64,000 bases of DNA from Rhodospirillales bacterium. Its GTDB lineage: Bacteria > Pseudomonadota > Alphaproteobacteria > Rhodospirillales > Casp-alpha2. Shown here piece after piece: positions 29,213-38,960 of the stretch. Both the position numbers and the translations under genes were made by a program. Below the pieces are notes generated by a model. It searched no databases and was not told the DNA's origin. It saw only the letters and a list, made by a program, of their open reading frames with translations. The stretch covers positions 873,173 through 937,172 of the forward strand of contig OZ245847.1 of the NCBI GenBank assembly GCA_965228915.1, written 5' to 3'. Position 1 is the stretch's first letter. Each line of letters begins with the position of its first letter.

Positions 29213-30265
29213 ACGGCCGTTCAGCTTGTCGAACAGATAGCGGCCGACCTTCGTCGCCCCCTGGCCGGTGTTGTGGACCCGGTCATAGAAATCCCCGTCC
29301 TCGAACGGCAGTTCGCGCGCCAGATCGATGCAGATCGCACCGAGGTCGTTGCAAACCCGCATGGTCACGCGGTTATAGGCATCCAGCTGGCGGAAATACC
29401 CTTCCGCGGCAGCGCGCGCTTCACCGTTCGGCAGCCAGATCCAGCCGTCGCGGATCCTGGCGTCGGCGCTTGGCTGTGTCACATAAATGGCGCGCGCACC
29501 GAAATCGCGGATTTTCTCCGTCAATCGCTGCAGGCGCGTCTCGTAGGCAGCAAGCCGTTCCATGTACGCCTCGGGGGGCGCGAACCGCGTGTCCGCGGGC
29601 TGCCACTTCGTCCATTCCAGACCGTCACGCCGAGTATCGCCGTGCACGACGTGCGCGTCATACGCCGCCAACATGCCTTTGGCGATCTTGTAGACGTGAT
29701 AAAGCACACTCTTGTTTTTGATCGCCTCGGCGAACCGTCTCGACGGGTCCGGCGACCGCATGTCGTCGTATTTTTCATGTCCTTCGACCGCGACATCGTT
29801 GATCCCCGCATAAACCAAGACAAAACGCGCCTTCAGGCCCTTGATCAGCGGGAACCAGCGTTCGAAAACGGCGATGTGGCCACGTGTCGACTGGCCGTCG
29901 ACGGCGGCGTTGACGACGCTCGTCTTTTCCCCGGCGGCGGCGAACCGGCGTGCCAATTCGGCTTGCCAGGTCTCGGCGTCGTCGACATATAGCTGGTTGG
30001 TGGTGCTGCCGCCGAGCGTAAGGATATCGATTTCACCGACGCTCTCGTAGTGACCGCGCAGTCCGTGCTCGTCGCGCGTATAGGTGACTTTCCCTCCGCC
30101 GGAATAGAGATTCTCGACATCGAACACGCGGACCGTGTTCCGCGGGATGTTCATTTCGCGGTAGTCGGGACCGAACAGCCAGTTGCCGAAGACCAACTCG
30201 GCGATGACAAGACCGGCCACCAGCACCAGAACGTTGATGCCGATCACCCTGAGCATGTTTTTCAT
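29207..30265 (-). CDS. Membrane-anchored SGNH/GDSL hydrolase
   Basis: N-terminal TM; block I LGGSTT, block II NAAVDG, block III YAGINDV, block V DRVH. Confidence 0.8.
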   Translation of the reverse strand: MKNMLRVIGINVLVLVAGLVIAELVFGNWLFGPDYREMNIPRNTVRVFDVENLYSGGGKVTYTRDEHGLRGHYESVGEIDILTLGGSTTNQLYVDDAETWQAELARRFAAAGEKTSVVNAAVDGQSTRGHIAVFERWFPLIKGLKARFVLVYAGINDVAVEGHEKYDDMRSPDPSRRFAEAIKNKSVLYHVYKIAKGMLAAYDAHVVHGDTRRDGLEWTKWQPADTRFAPPEAYMERLAAYETRLQRLTEKIRDFGARAIYVTQPSADARIRDGWIWLPNGEARAAAEGYFRQLDAYNRVTMRVCNDLGAICIDLARELPFEDGDFYDRVHNTGQGATKVGRYLFDKLNGRL

Positions 30266-30275
30266 ACGTGTGGGT

Positions 30276-31754
30276 TTACCACGGACGCTCGGCGTTCGTC
30301 GCCCACGGATCGTCGTCGATCGGCCAGACGGGCCTGGCGATCTTTTCGTGCGAGACCTTGGTCATATCCCATTCGAGCGTGCCCGGCGCGGCGCAGTAGA
30401 TGATCTTCTTGGCGATCTTCGAGTATTCGGCGTGGAAGTGCTGCATCGATTTGACGACGACGATACGGCGCTTCGTCGGATCGATGCCGAGCGCCTCGAA
30501 GAAATGCGGGTGCGTGTTCTGGGTCCGGGCAGAATGCACGACGAAATCGATACCCTCGGCGTGCAGCCACACCGCATCGCCGACATAGCGCTGCGAGCCG
30601 CCCAGGCTTTTGACATAGGCGTCGCGGATGACGTTTTTGACTTCCACCTTGAGGTCGAGCGGGTCGCCGGAAACCGCACCGGTCTTGCCCCCAAGCCTGA
30701 TCTGGAACTTGGCGCCGACGCCGGCGCCGATGGCGATGCCGGTCGCGACCGGATCCCAGATACCGCCCACGCACGCCATGCCGATGCCGCGCTCCAGCAT
30801 GCGACGAATAATGAATGTGCTGTCGCCGGGCCCGCCGCCGCCCGGATTGTCGGCCATATCGGCGATCACGGCGGGGCCTTCCTTTTCGGCCAGCGCTTCG
30901 GTGATTGCGGTTTCGACATCGACGTAGCGGGGCGTAATCTCGTCCCGGATCTGCCAGAGCTCGCGCCCCAGCTTTTCGGCCAGATCGTCGCCGAACGGTT
31001 TGTTGTCGTCGGTGACGACGATGACGCGCGTGCCTTCCGCCGGCACGTCGCCCCACGGGAAGCCGTGACCGAGCGAAACCGACAACACGCCGTCCTTACC
31101 CTCCAGCGACGTCATTTTATCGACGAAAGACCGCATCGGTTCGCGCGTGGTGTGGAAACAGCCGATCATCCGGCAGTCGAAGCTCGAGATCACCGGCTTG
31201 CACGTGCCGTCGAAGGTCGGCTCCATGATCTTCCAGAGGTCTTCGGCGCGCTCGCGGCTGTCCGTATGCGGGTACTCTTTATATATCACCAACGCGTTCA
31301 CTTCCTCGGTGAAGCGCCGCGTGATGTGGCAGTGCAGGTCGAACTCGACGCCGAGGGGAATATCGGGGCCGACGATCTCGCGGATATGATGCACGAGGTC
31401 GTCCTCGCAGTCGTCATAGCCCTCGGCCACCATCGCGCCGTGCAGGCTGAGCATAACGCCGTCGACCGGCATCGCATTTTTAAGGTCGTTCAGGATTTCG
31501 TCGCGCAGGTCTTCGTAAACCTTCTTGACCGTGATCCCGGACGGGGTTGCGAACGCGGACAGGCTTTCGACCACCTCCCAGCCGCGCTTCTTCGCGTGCT
31601 CGCGCCAGATCACAAGGGGGGCGCCGAACATATGCGGCACGTCGCCGTGATCGCCGCCCCTGACCAGGTGCGAGTTCTCGAACGCCGCCAGATCGGTGGG
31701 TAACGGGGCCGTGGTATGGGTTTCCGTGCCGAGGCACGCGGTGAACAGTTTCAT
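30276..31754 (-). CDS. M81 family (MlrC-like) metallopeptidase, copy 1
   Basis: GTETHT, LHGAMV, DLHCH, YPHTD, ADMADNPGGG and VVKSMQHF motifs. Confidence 0.88.
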   Translation of the reverse strand: MKLFTACLGTETHTTAPLPTDLAAFENSHLVRGGDHGDVPHMFGAPLVIWREHAKKRGWEVVESLSAFATPSGITVKKVYEDLRDEILNDLKNAMPVDGVMLSLHGAMVAEGYDDCEDDLVHHIREIVGPDIPLGVEFDLHCHITRRFTEEVNALVIYKEYPHTDSRERAEDLWKIMEPTFDGTCKPVISSFDCRMIGCFHTTREPMRSFVDKMTSLEGKDGVLSVSLGHGFPWGDVPAEGTRVIVVTDDNKPFGDDLAEKLGRELWQIRDEITPRYVDVETAITEALAEKEGPAVIADMADNPGGGGPGDSTFIIRRMLERGIGMACVGGIWDPVATGIAIGAGVGAKFQIRLGGKTGAVSGDPLDLKVEVKNVIRDAYVKSLGGSQRYVGDAVWLHAEGIDFVVHSARTQNTHPHFFEALGIDPTKRRIVVVKSMQHFHAEYSKIAKKIIYCAAPGTLEWDMTKVSHEKIARPVWPIDDDPWATNAERPW

Positions 31755-31775
31755 CGTTCCCGTTCCTTCGTGGTG

Positions 31776-33209
31776 TTATTTCGAGAGCGCATCCAGATCG
31801 GGGATCGGACGCGCGGTCGCCGGATTGGCGGCCAACTGGCGTTCCAGTGCGGCGGCGATTTCGAGCACTTGGCGGTCGCGGCCCGGCGCGCCCAAAACCT
31901 GAATGCCGAACGGCATGCCGAACTCGTCGATGCCACACGGCAAGACGCAACCGCACGCCATCGCCATGGTCGGCGCGTAGCTGAGCGAGAGCCACCGCAT
32001 ATACGTCGGCATCTTCTCGCCATCGATTTCGGAAACGAACCATTCCGCGTGCGGGAACGGGGTCACGGCGGCCGCCGGGCAGATCACGCAGTCGACCTCG
32101 TCCAGAAGCGAGATCCAGGCGCGCGCGATTTTCGTCTGTGTCAGGTGCGCCTTGGCGACATCTTCCAGATTGTACTGCAAGCCACGGTCGACGTTGTCGA
32201 CGACGTTGGGGCTGATCTTGTCGCGATGGTTCTTGACCCGCTCCCCATGTGCGCCGACGAAAACGACGCCGCGCAACACCTCGAAGCATTCGTGCACGTC
32301 GGTGAAGTCCGGATCGCGATCCTGGGCTTCGGCGAAGACATGACGGAAGGTGTCGGTACGCGACTTGAACAGCGCGCGATTGGCCTTCGAGACCGGCGAG
32401 CAGCCGAGGTCCGGCGAGATCGCCGCGCGCATGGAGCCGAGGTCGGCTTCGCGCATCGGCTCGAACAAGGCCGGGTCGAGATCGCCGGAGAACGGATCGC
32501 GCGCATCGGCGGAAGCCTGCGCCGACAAAAGCATCGCCGCGTCGGCGACGTTTCGCGCCATCGGCCCCAAAACGGAAAACGGCAAAAGCCCGGCCGGCTT
32601 GGCCTCGGCGGGCACCACGCCCGGCGTCGGGCGGAAACCGACGATGCCGCAGAACGCGGCGGGCGTCCTGAGACTCCCCCCGTAATCCGACCCGCTCGCG
32701 ATCGGCACCATGCCCGTCGCCAGGGCGACGGCAGAGCCGCCGGACGAGCCCGCACACGTCTTTTCCGGGTCGAACGGATTGCCGGTCGCGCCGAACAACA
32801 GGTTGCGGGTATTGGCGCCGGCGCCGAATTCGGGCGTATTCGTCTTGCCGACGACAATGGCCCCTTCGTCGCGGACGTTCGAAACCGAGAGCTGATCCAC
32901 TTCGGGGACGTTATCCTCGTAAAGCTTGGAGCCGAACGTGGTCCGGAGGCCTTCGGTCGCTTCCAGATCCTTGATGCCGATGGGCAGACCGTGCAGCACA
33001 CCGAGATAGTCGCCGTCCACGACCGCCTGTTCGGCGGCCTTGGCTTCGTCCATGGCGCGCTCGAAGCACGTCGAGACCATGGTGTTGACGGCCGGATTGA
33101 CCGATTCGATGCGGCGGATGCAGCTTTCCGTCAGTTCCACCGGCGAGATGTCCTTACTGCCGATACGCCGGCGCAACTCGATGGCAGTCAGATCGCAAAG
33201 CTCTGTCAT
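31776..33209 (-). CDS. Amidase signature family hydrolase
   Basis: LPIGIKDL (Lys), GKTNTPEFG, and GSSGGSA...GSDYGGSLRTPA (Ser-cisSer). Confidence 0.9.
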   Translation of the reverse strand: MTELCDLTAIELRRRIGSKDISPVELTESCIRRIESVNPAVNTMVSTCFERAMDEAKAAEQAVVDGDYLGVLHGLPIGIKDLEATEGLRTTFGSKLYEDNVPEVDQLSVSNVRDEGAIVVGKTNTPEFGAGANTRNLLFGATGNPFDPEKTCAGSSGGSAVALATGMVPIASGSDYGGSLRTPAAFCGIVGFRPTPGVVPAEAKPAGLLPFSVLGPMARNVADAAMLLSAQASADARDPFSGDLDPALFEPMREADLGSMRAAISPDLGCSPVSKANRALFKSRTDTFRHVFAEAQDRDPDFTDVHECFEVLRGVVFVGAHGERVKNHRDKISPNVVDNVDRGLQYNLEDVAKAHLTQTKIARAWISLLDEVDCVICPAAAVTPFPHAEWFVSEIDGEKMPTYMRWLSLSYAPTMAMACGCVLPCGIDEFGMPFGIQVLGAPGRDRQVLEIAAALERQLAANPATARPIPDLDALSK

Positions 33210-33220
33210 CTCTTCATCTC

Positions 33221-34621
33221 CTAAGCGGCGCGGCCGGCCGGCGTGTTGCCGTCACCCAGGTCCCACCACAGTCCGGTCATGATGCGGAGCGCGCTGTGAC
33301 AGACCGGCGCCAGAACGTGTTCGTTCGGCGCGTGCTGCGAACATCCGGCGTAGGAATGCGGCACCCAGATCGTCGGCAGGCCCAGCACTTCCGCGAAGCA
33401 GTCATTAGGGAGCGTGCCGCCGAGGTTGGGCAGCACCGCGACCTCCTCGCCCGACGTCTCGCCGATCGACGAGATCGCCCACTGCGCCCACGGATGATCC
33501 GGGTCGAGGCGGGTCGCATACATGTAGTCGCGCTCGGGCTCGAGCTTGATGTCGTTGAAGCCGTGCGCATCGAGATGCTTGCGGAGCGCCGGCAGGAAAT
33601 TGTGCGGGTCGGTGCCGACCACGTAACGAATGTGGCCGTAGGCCACCGCGCGCGGTGGGATCGCATTTACCGGGTTGCGTGGGTTGCCGCACTCGAAGGC
33701 CCTTATTTCGAACGTGTTGGAGCCGAAGACCTTTTCTTCCGGCGTCAGGCCCGGCTCGCCCCAGTCGGGATCGATCTCCGGCGCGTCGTCGCCGCCGCCG
33801 ACCTTCAGTTTCGAGATCGCCTTGCGCACCGAATTCGACATCGGCTCGGGCCGCCATTCTTCGATCAGAATCTTGCCCTTGGCGTCGGTGATCGTCGCAA
33901 GGGCGTGCGCCATGATCACACCCGGGTTCGACAAAAGCCCGCCCCAGTTCCCGGAATGATGCCCGCCGTCGCGGCATTCGAGCGTCATGGTAAAGTTGAA
34001 CACCCCGCGCGACCCCATGAACACGGTCGGCCTGTCGGGCGCCAGACGCGGGCCGTCGGAGGCGATGAACACGTCGACGTCCTTGAACAGATCCTTATAG
34101 ACCTCGCAGAATTTCTTGAGCCCCGGCGAGCCGCTCTCTTCGCCGGTCTCGATCAGCGCGATGGCGTTGAAGCCCAGCTTGCCGCGGGTTTCCAGGACAT
34201 GCTTCATCGCCGCTAGGTTGATGGTGTGCTGCGCCTTGTTGTCGGCGGTGCCACGGCCGTACCAGCGATCGCCCTCGACGACGATCTCCCACGGGTTCAG
34301 GCCTTCGCGCCACTGGTCGTCGTAGCCGCGCACCACGTCGCCGTGGCCGTAGGTCATCACGGTCGGCAGCGCTTCGTCCTCAATGCGCGAGGCGACCAGA
34401 AACGGCATCTTGCCCTCGATGGGATTTTCGTAGATCTCGCAGGTGAAGCCGAAATCTTCGAGGTACGGCGTCATCTCTTCTTCGAGATAGCGGTAAAGCT
34501 CGGGCCGCTTGTCCGGTTCCGGGCTCTCGGTGCGGATCGCCACACGGCGCTTCAGGTCGTCCATGAAGCCGCCGTTGTTGAAATAGTCGTCGATGCTGTT
34601 AAGTGCGTCGTCTTTGCTCAT
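33221..34621 (-). CDS. M20 family metallopeptidase, copy B
   Basis: YGHGD, GRGTADNK, TGEESG, SDG and QHAPNEH metal/catalytic motifs. Start MSKDDAL overlaps the stop of copy A. Confidence 0.9.
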   Translation of the reverse strand: MSKDDALNSIDDYFNNGGFMDDLKRRVAIRTESPEPDKRPELYRYLEEEMTPYLEDFGFTCEIYENPIEGKMPFLVASRIEDEALPTVMTYGHGDVVRGYDDQWREGLNPWEIVVEGDRWYGRGTADNKAQHTINLAAMKHVLETRGKLGFNAIALIETGEESGSPGLKKFCEVYKDLFKDVDVFIASDGPRLAPDRPTVFMGSRGVFNFTMTLECRDGGHHSGNWGGLLSNPGVIMAHALATITDAKGKILIEEWRPEPMSNSVRKAISKLKVGGGDDAPEIDPDWGEPGLTPEEKVFGSNTFEIRAFECGNPRNPVNAIPPRAVAYGHIRYVVGTDPHNFLPALRKHLDAHGFNDIKLEPERDYMYATRLDPDHPWAQWAISSIGETSGEEVAVLPNLGGTLPNDCFAEVLGLPTIWVPHSYAGCSQHAPNEHVLAPVCHSALRIMTGLWWDLGDGNTPAGRAA

Positions 34622-36030
34622 GGTCGGTATGCTGTGCCTTCCTCGCCCATATCCCAGTAAACGCCGGTCACCAGTTCCATTCCTTCGCGGGTCAGTGACC
34701 AAAGTATGTGTTCGTCCGGCGCGTGCTGCGAGCAGCCGGTGTAACTCAGCGGCATCCACACGAACGGAATCTTTAAAACGTCCTGAAACACGTCGTTGCA
34801 GATCGAACCGCCGGAATTCGGCATCACGTCGGGAATCTCGCCGGTGGTGCGCTTGACCGCGCCCTTGACCCATTCCGCCCACGGATGATCGGGCGGCGTC
34901 CGCGCCGCCAGAAAGATCGCGTCGTTGCCGGGCGGCGGGTCGGCGATCTCGACCATCTCGAAGCCGTTGGCGTCCAGGTGCTTGCGTAAATTACTGCGCA
35001 GGTTCTGATAGTCGGTGCCGACCACGAAACGAAGCTGGCAGTTGGCGCGCGCACGCGGCGGGATCGCGTTGACTGGATTGTTCGGATTGCCGGTCGTGAA
35101 CGCCAGGATCTCGAAACTGTTCCAGGCGTAGACTTTCTCCGCCGACGTCAATCCCGGCTCGCCCCAGGTCTCGTCGATCTCGGGCGCGTCCTTGCCGCCG
35201 TCCCGCGAAATCCCCTTCAGCGCATCGCGCACCGAATTCGAAATCGGCGGCGGCTTCAGGGCATCGACGAGGATGCGGCCCTTCTGATCGACGATGGTCG
35301 CGAGCGCGTGGCTGAGGATCACGCCGGGGTTGGACAGCAAGCCGCCCCAGTTCCCGGAATGATGTCCGCCGTCGCGGCAGTTCACGACCAGATCAAAGTT
35401 GACGCAGCCCCGATTACCGAGCGTCAGGTTCGGACGCGACACGCTGACGCGCGGCCCGTCGGAGGCGAAGTACGCATCCGCCATGAAGTCGTCTTTGTGC
35501 TGCGCGACGAGATCCTTCAGCCCCTTGGAGCCGTTCTCTTCCCCCGTCTCGACCATAAACTTGGAATTGAAGCCGAGCTTGCCGCGCGTCTCCAGCACCG
35601 CCTTGATGGCCCCCATATGCGTGGTGTGCTGCGCCTTGTTGTCGGCGGTGCCGCGCCCGTAGACCCGGTCGCCGTCGCGCGACAACTTCCACGGCCCCTC
35701 GCCCTTGGTCCAACGCTCCGCCTGGCCGCGCACGGTGTCGCCGTGGCCGTACCCGAGGATCGTCGGCAGGCTCTCGTCCTCGATCCGGCTCGCCAGCAGC
35801 ACCGGGCCGCCGCCCTCGTACGGGTTGTCGTAGATCCGGGTTTCGTAGCCCATGGCTTCGAAATCGGGACGGATGAAGTCGGTGAGATATCGATAGAGTT
35901 CCGGAAGCTGGGACGGTTCCTGGCTTTCCGTGGGTACCGCGACGCGGTCGGATAGGGTCTTGAAGTAGCCGGCGTCTTCGTCGTCGAACCACGCCAGCGC
36001 GGAAGCGATGGCGTCGGCGCGGGTTGTCAT
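34618..36030 (-). CDS. M20 family metallopeptidase, copy A
   Basis: YGHGD, GRGTADNK, TGEENG, SDG and QHAPDEH motifs; collinear paralog of copy B. Confidence 0.9.
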   Translation of the reverse strand: MTTRADAIASALAWFDDEDAGYFKTLSDRVAVPTESQEPSQLPELYRYLTDFIRPDFEAMGYETRIYDNPYEGGGPVLLASRIEDESLPTILGYGHGDTVRGQAERWTKGEGPWKLSRDGDRVYGRGTADNKAQHTTHMGAIKAVLETRGKLGFNSKFMVETGEENGSKGLKDLVAQHKDDFMADAYFASDGPRVSVSRPNLTLGNRGCVNFDLVVNCRDGGHHSGNWGGLLSNPGVILSHALATIVDQKGRILVDALKPPPISNSVRDALKGISRDGGKDAPEIDETWGEPGLTSAEKVYAWNSFEILAFTTGNPNNPVNAIPPRARANCQLRFVVGTDYQNLRSNLRKHLDANGFEMVEIADPPPGNDAIFLAARTPPDHPWAEWVKGAVKRTTGEIPDVMPNSGGSICNDVFQDVLKIPFVWMPLSYTGCSQHAPDEHILWSLTREGMELVTGVYWDMGEEGTAYRP

Positions 36031-37010
36031 GACGCGGCCCTCCCGCGCCCCTCGTTCTCGTCATAGAGATGACACTGCACGAAGCCGCTGCCGCTCGGGA
36101 TTCTCTTCGGCTCGATGACCGAACAATGATCCATCACCCGCGCGCAACGCGGATTGAAGGTGCAGCCCGGCGGCGGGTCGACCGGGTTCGGGTACGCCGC
36201 CCCCAGATGCGTGTCCGGCACGCCGAGCGACGGATCCGGCGTCAGGACCGACTCCAGCAAGGCTTTCGTATACGGATGTTCCGGATTGTCGAACAGGCTT
36301 GCGGTGTCCTTTTGTTCGACGATGCGGCCCAGATACATGACCGCGACCCGGGTTGCGATGTGTTCGACGACAGCGAGGTTATGACTGATCACGATGTAGG
36401 TCAGGTTCAGCTCTTTCCTGAGATCCTGCAGAAGATTGAGGATCTGCGACTGCACGGAGACGTCGAGCGCCGAGGTCGGCTCGTCGCAGATCACCACTTC
36501 CGGGCGGTTGATGAGTGCGCGCGCAATGGCGACGCGCTGGCGCTGCCCGCCCGACAACTGGTTCGGAAAGTTTTCGAACAGGCGCGGGGGCAGGCCGACA
36601 AGCTCCATCATCTCTTCCGCCCGGCGGCGCCAGGTGGCGGGGTTAGGATCGCCCTGCACCTTCAACGGCAGCGTGATGATCGAGCCGATGGACTTGCGCG
36701 GATTCAATGACGAATAAGGGTCCTGGAAGATCGGCTGCACCATCTTGGCCAGCTTCAGGCGTTCGATCTCGGCGACCGGCGTGCCGCCGAACTCGATGGT
36801 GCCGTCGGTCGGCGGAAGCAACCCCAGCAGCATCTTGGCGAACGTGGTCTTGCCGCAGCCGGACTCGCCGACCAGCGCCAGCACTTCGCCGCGCTCGACG
36901 TCCAGCGACACCCCGTTGACGGCGTGCAGCGGTTTCTTGCCCCTGAACGCACCGGCGGAAATCATGAAGGTGCGGGTGACGTCCTTGGCGCTGATGACGG
37001 TCTCGCTCAT
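36027..37010 (-). CDS. Dpp/Opp ABC ATP-binding protein (F-type)
   Basis: GESGCGKT, LSGGQRQR, ICDEPTSALD and C-terminal HPYTKALL..GCTFNPRC. Start MSETVISAK. Confidence 0.92.
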   Translation of the reverse strand: MSETVISAKDVTRTFMISAGAFRGKKPLHAVNGVSLDVERGEVLALVGESGCGKTTFAKMLLGLLPPTDGTIEFGGTPVAEIERLKLAKMVQPIFQDPYSSLNPRKSIGSIITLPLKVQGDPNPATWRRRAEEMMELVGLPPRLFENFPNQLSGGQRQRVAIARALINRPEVVICDEPTSALDVSVQSQILNLLQDLRKELNLTYIVISHNLAVVEHIATRVAVMYLGRIVEQKDTASLFDNPEHPYTKALLESVLTPDPSLGVPDTHLGAAYPNPVDPPPGCTFNPRCARVMDHCSVIEPKRIPSGSGFVQCHLYDENEGRGRAAS

Positions 37011-38020
37011 GCGACCCCCCGTTTCTGAGCATTGGCGCGGCAGGTCTCCGGATCGAGCAGGCAACGATACTCGTGCCCGTCCTCGACCGCCGGACGCATG
37101 TCGATGTCGCCCTTTACGCACTCTGCGAACGCGTACTGACAGCGTTCCGCGAAGTGGCAGGCGTTGAATGGGCCGACCAGCGACGGCACGATCCCCGGGA
37201 TCGAGCCCAAGGGCTTGTTGCGCTCGGTCTTGCCCGGGATCGGGATGCAATCCAGCAGGCCCTGCGTGTATGGATGGGTCGGCCGGTTGAAGACCTGATC
37301 GGCGGTGCCTTGTTCGACGACCTGACCGGCGTACATGACCGCGACCCGGTCGGCGATGCGCGCGACGACTCCCAGGTCGTGGGTGATCAGGATCAACCCC
37401 ATTTCGAACTCGCGCTGCAGTTCGGCCAATAGCAACAGGATCTGCGCCTGGATCGTCACGTCGAGCGCGGTTGTCGGCTCGTCGGCGATGATCAGGTTGG
37501 GCCCGCACATCAGCGTCATGGCGATCATGACCCGCTGACGCAGCCCGCCCGACAACTGATGCGGATACTGGCTGAGGCGCGATTCCGCCGCCGTGATCCC
37601 GACTTTCTCAAGCAGATAGATCGCCCGGTCCCGCGCCTCGCGGGTCGACACGTTTCTGTGGCGACTCAGCGCCTCCTCCATCTGGTTGCCGATGGTGTAG
37701 GCCGGATTGAGGCTGGTCATCGGCTCCTGGAAGATCATTCCCATGGTGTTGCCGCGGATATCCGACATGCGGCGCTCACCGGCATTGAGGATGTCCTCGC
37801 CGCCCAGTTCGAGCTTGTTGGCGCCGCGGATCGCCTTTTTCGGCAAAAGGTCCATGACGGCGAGAGACGTCAGCGATTTCCCGCATCCGGATTCGCCGAC
37901 GATGCACAGCGTCTCGCCCTTGTCGACATGGAACGAAATCCCCTGCACCGCGTGCAGCATGCCGCCGCCGACCGGAATATCGACGGTGAGGTTTTCGACT
38001 TCGAGAATACGTTCGCTCAT
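37007..38020 (-). CDS. Dpp/Opp ABC ATP-binding protein (D-type)
   Basis: GESGCGKS, LSGGLRQR, ADEPTTALD and HPYTQGLL motifs. Confidence 0.92.
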   Translation of the reverse strand: MSERILEVENLTVDIPVGGGMLHAVQGISFHVDKGETLCIVGESGCGKSLTSLAVMDLLPKKAIRGANKLELGGEDILNAGERRMSDIRGNTMGMIFQEPMTSLNPAYTIGNQMEEALSRHRNVSTREARDRAIYLLEKVGITAAESRLSQYPHQLSGGLRQRVMIAMTLMCGPNLIIADEPTTALDVTIQAQILLLLAELQREFEMGLILITHDLGVVARIADRVAVMYAGQVVEQGTADQVFNRPTHPYTQGLLDCIPIPGKTERNKPLGSIPGIVPSLVGPFNACHFAERCQYAFAECVKGDIDMRPAVEDGHEYRCLLDPETCRANAQKRGVA

Positions 38021-38029
38021 AGCCCTCTC

Positions 38030-38959
38030 CTAGTTCCGGTTTTCGGGCGCGGTGATGTCCCGCATGCCGTCGCCCAAAAGGTTGATGGAAAGGATCAGGA
38101 TGAACAGCGCCGTCCCCGGAATGCCGACCAGCCACGGGTCGAACAGCATGTGGTTCTTGCCCTCGGCGATCATCAGGCCCCAACTTGGCGCCGGCGGCTG
38201 AACGCCGAGCCCCAGGAACGACAGCGCCGCTTCGAGGATGATGGCGTGCGCCATCTCGACCGTGGCGACGACGATCAGGTTGTTGACGATGTTCGGCATG
38301 ATCTCGGTGAAGATGATGCGCGGCGTCGAGCAGCCGATGGCCTGCGCCGCGGCGACGTAATCGAGGTTCCGGACCTGTTGGGTGGTACTTCGCATGACGA
38401 CCGCGAAGCGGTCCCAGATCAAAAGCCCGAGCACGCAGATCACGATCCAGAGCGAGTTGCCGACCAGCGACACGACCGCCAGCGCGACAAGCACGACGGG
38501 TAACGACAGCCGCGTCGTGATGACGAAGTTGACGACCATGTCGACCCTGCCGCCGAAGTAGCCGGCGGCGACGCCGATGGCGGTGCCGATGACGCCCGAA
38601 ATCAACATCGCCGCGAAACCGATCAGCAGCGAAATCTGCGAGCCGTGGATCAGGCGCGAGAGGTAGTCGCGGCCGAACTGGTCGGTGCCCAGCGGATGTA
38701 CCCACGTCGCTTTCGGGCTGTCGTGCCAGATCGGCGGGATCAGCTTGCGCGCGAGTTGTTGGTCGAGCGGATCGTGCGGCGAAATCAGCGGTGCCAGAAA
38801 CGCGATGGCGAGAATGGCCAGAAGCACGATGGCCCCGAACATGAAGCCGACGTGGCTGAACATGCGCTTGCGCGCGCGTTCCGCCGGCGACGGCTCTTCG
38901 ATGGTGCGGTCCGCGATGACGGGCTTCTGGACGTTGGTATCCTGAACGGCTTCGGACAT
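38030..38959 (-). CDS. Dpp/Opp ABC permease (C-type)
   Basis: HPLGTDQFGRD, EAA-like YVAAAQAIG and LSFLGLGVQPP motifs. Confidence 0.92.
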   Translation of the reverse strand: MSEAVQDTNVQKPVIADRTIEEPSPAERARKRMFSHVGFMFGAIVLLAILAIAFLAPLISPHDPLDQQLARKLIPPIWHDSPKATWVHPLGTDQFGRDYLSRLIHGSQISLLIGFAAMLISGVIGTAIGVAAGYFGGRVDMVVNFVITTRLSLPVVLVALAVVSLVGNSLWIVICVLGLLIWDRFAVVMRSTTQQVRNLDYVAAAQAIGCSTPRIIFTEIMPNIVNNLIVVATVEMAHAIILEAALSFLGLGVQPPAPSWGLMIAEGKNHMLFDPWLVGIPGTALFILILSINLLGDGMRDITAPENRN

Positions 38960-38960
38960 A

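Noticed and set aside
31776-33209. Amidase as GatA
   Set aside because: No gatC or gatB neighbours, and the context is catabolic.
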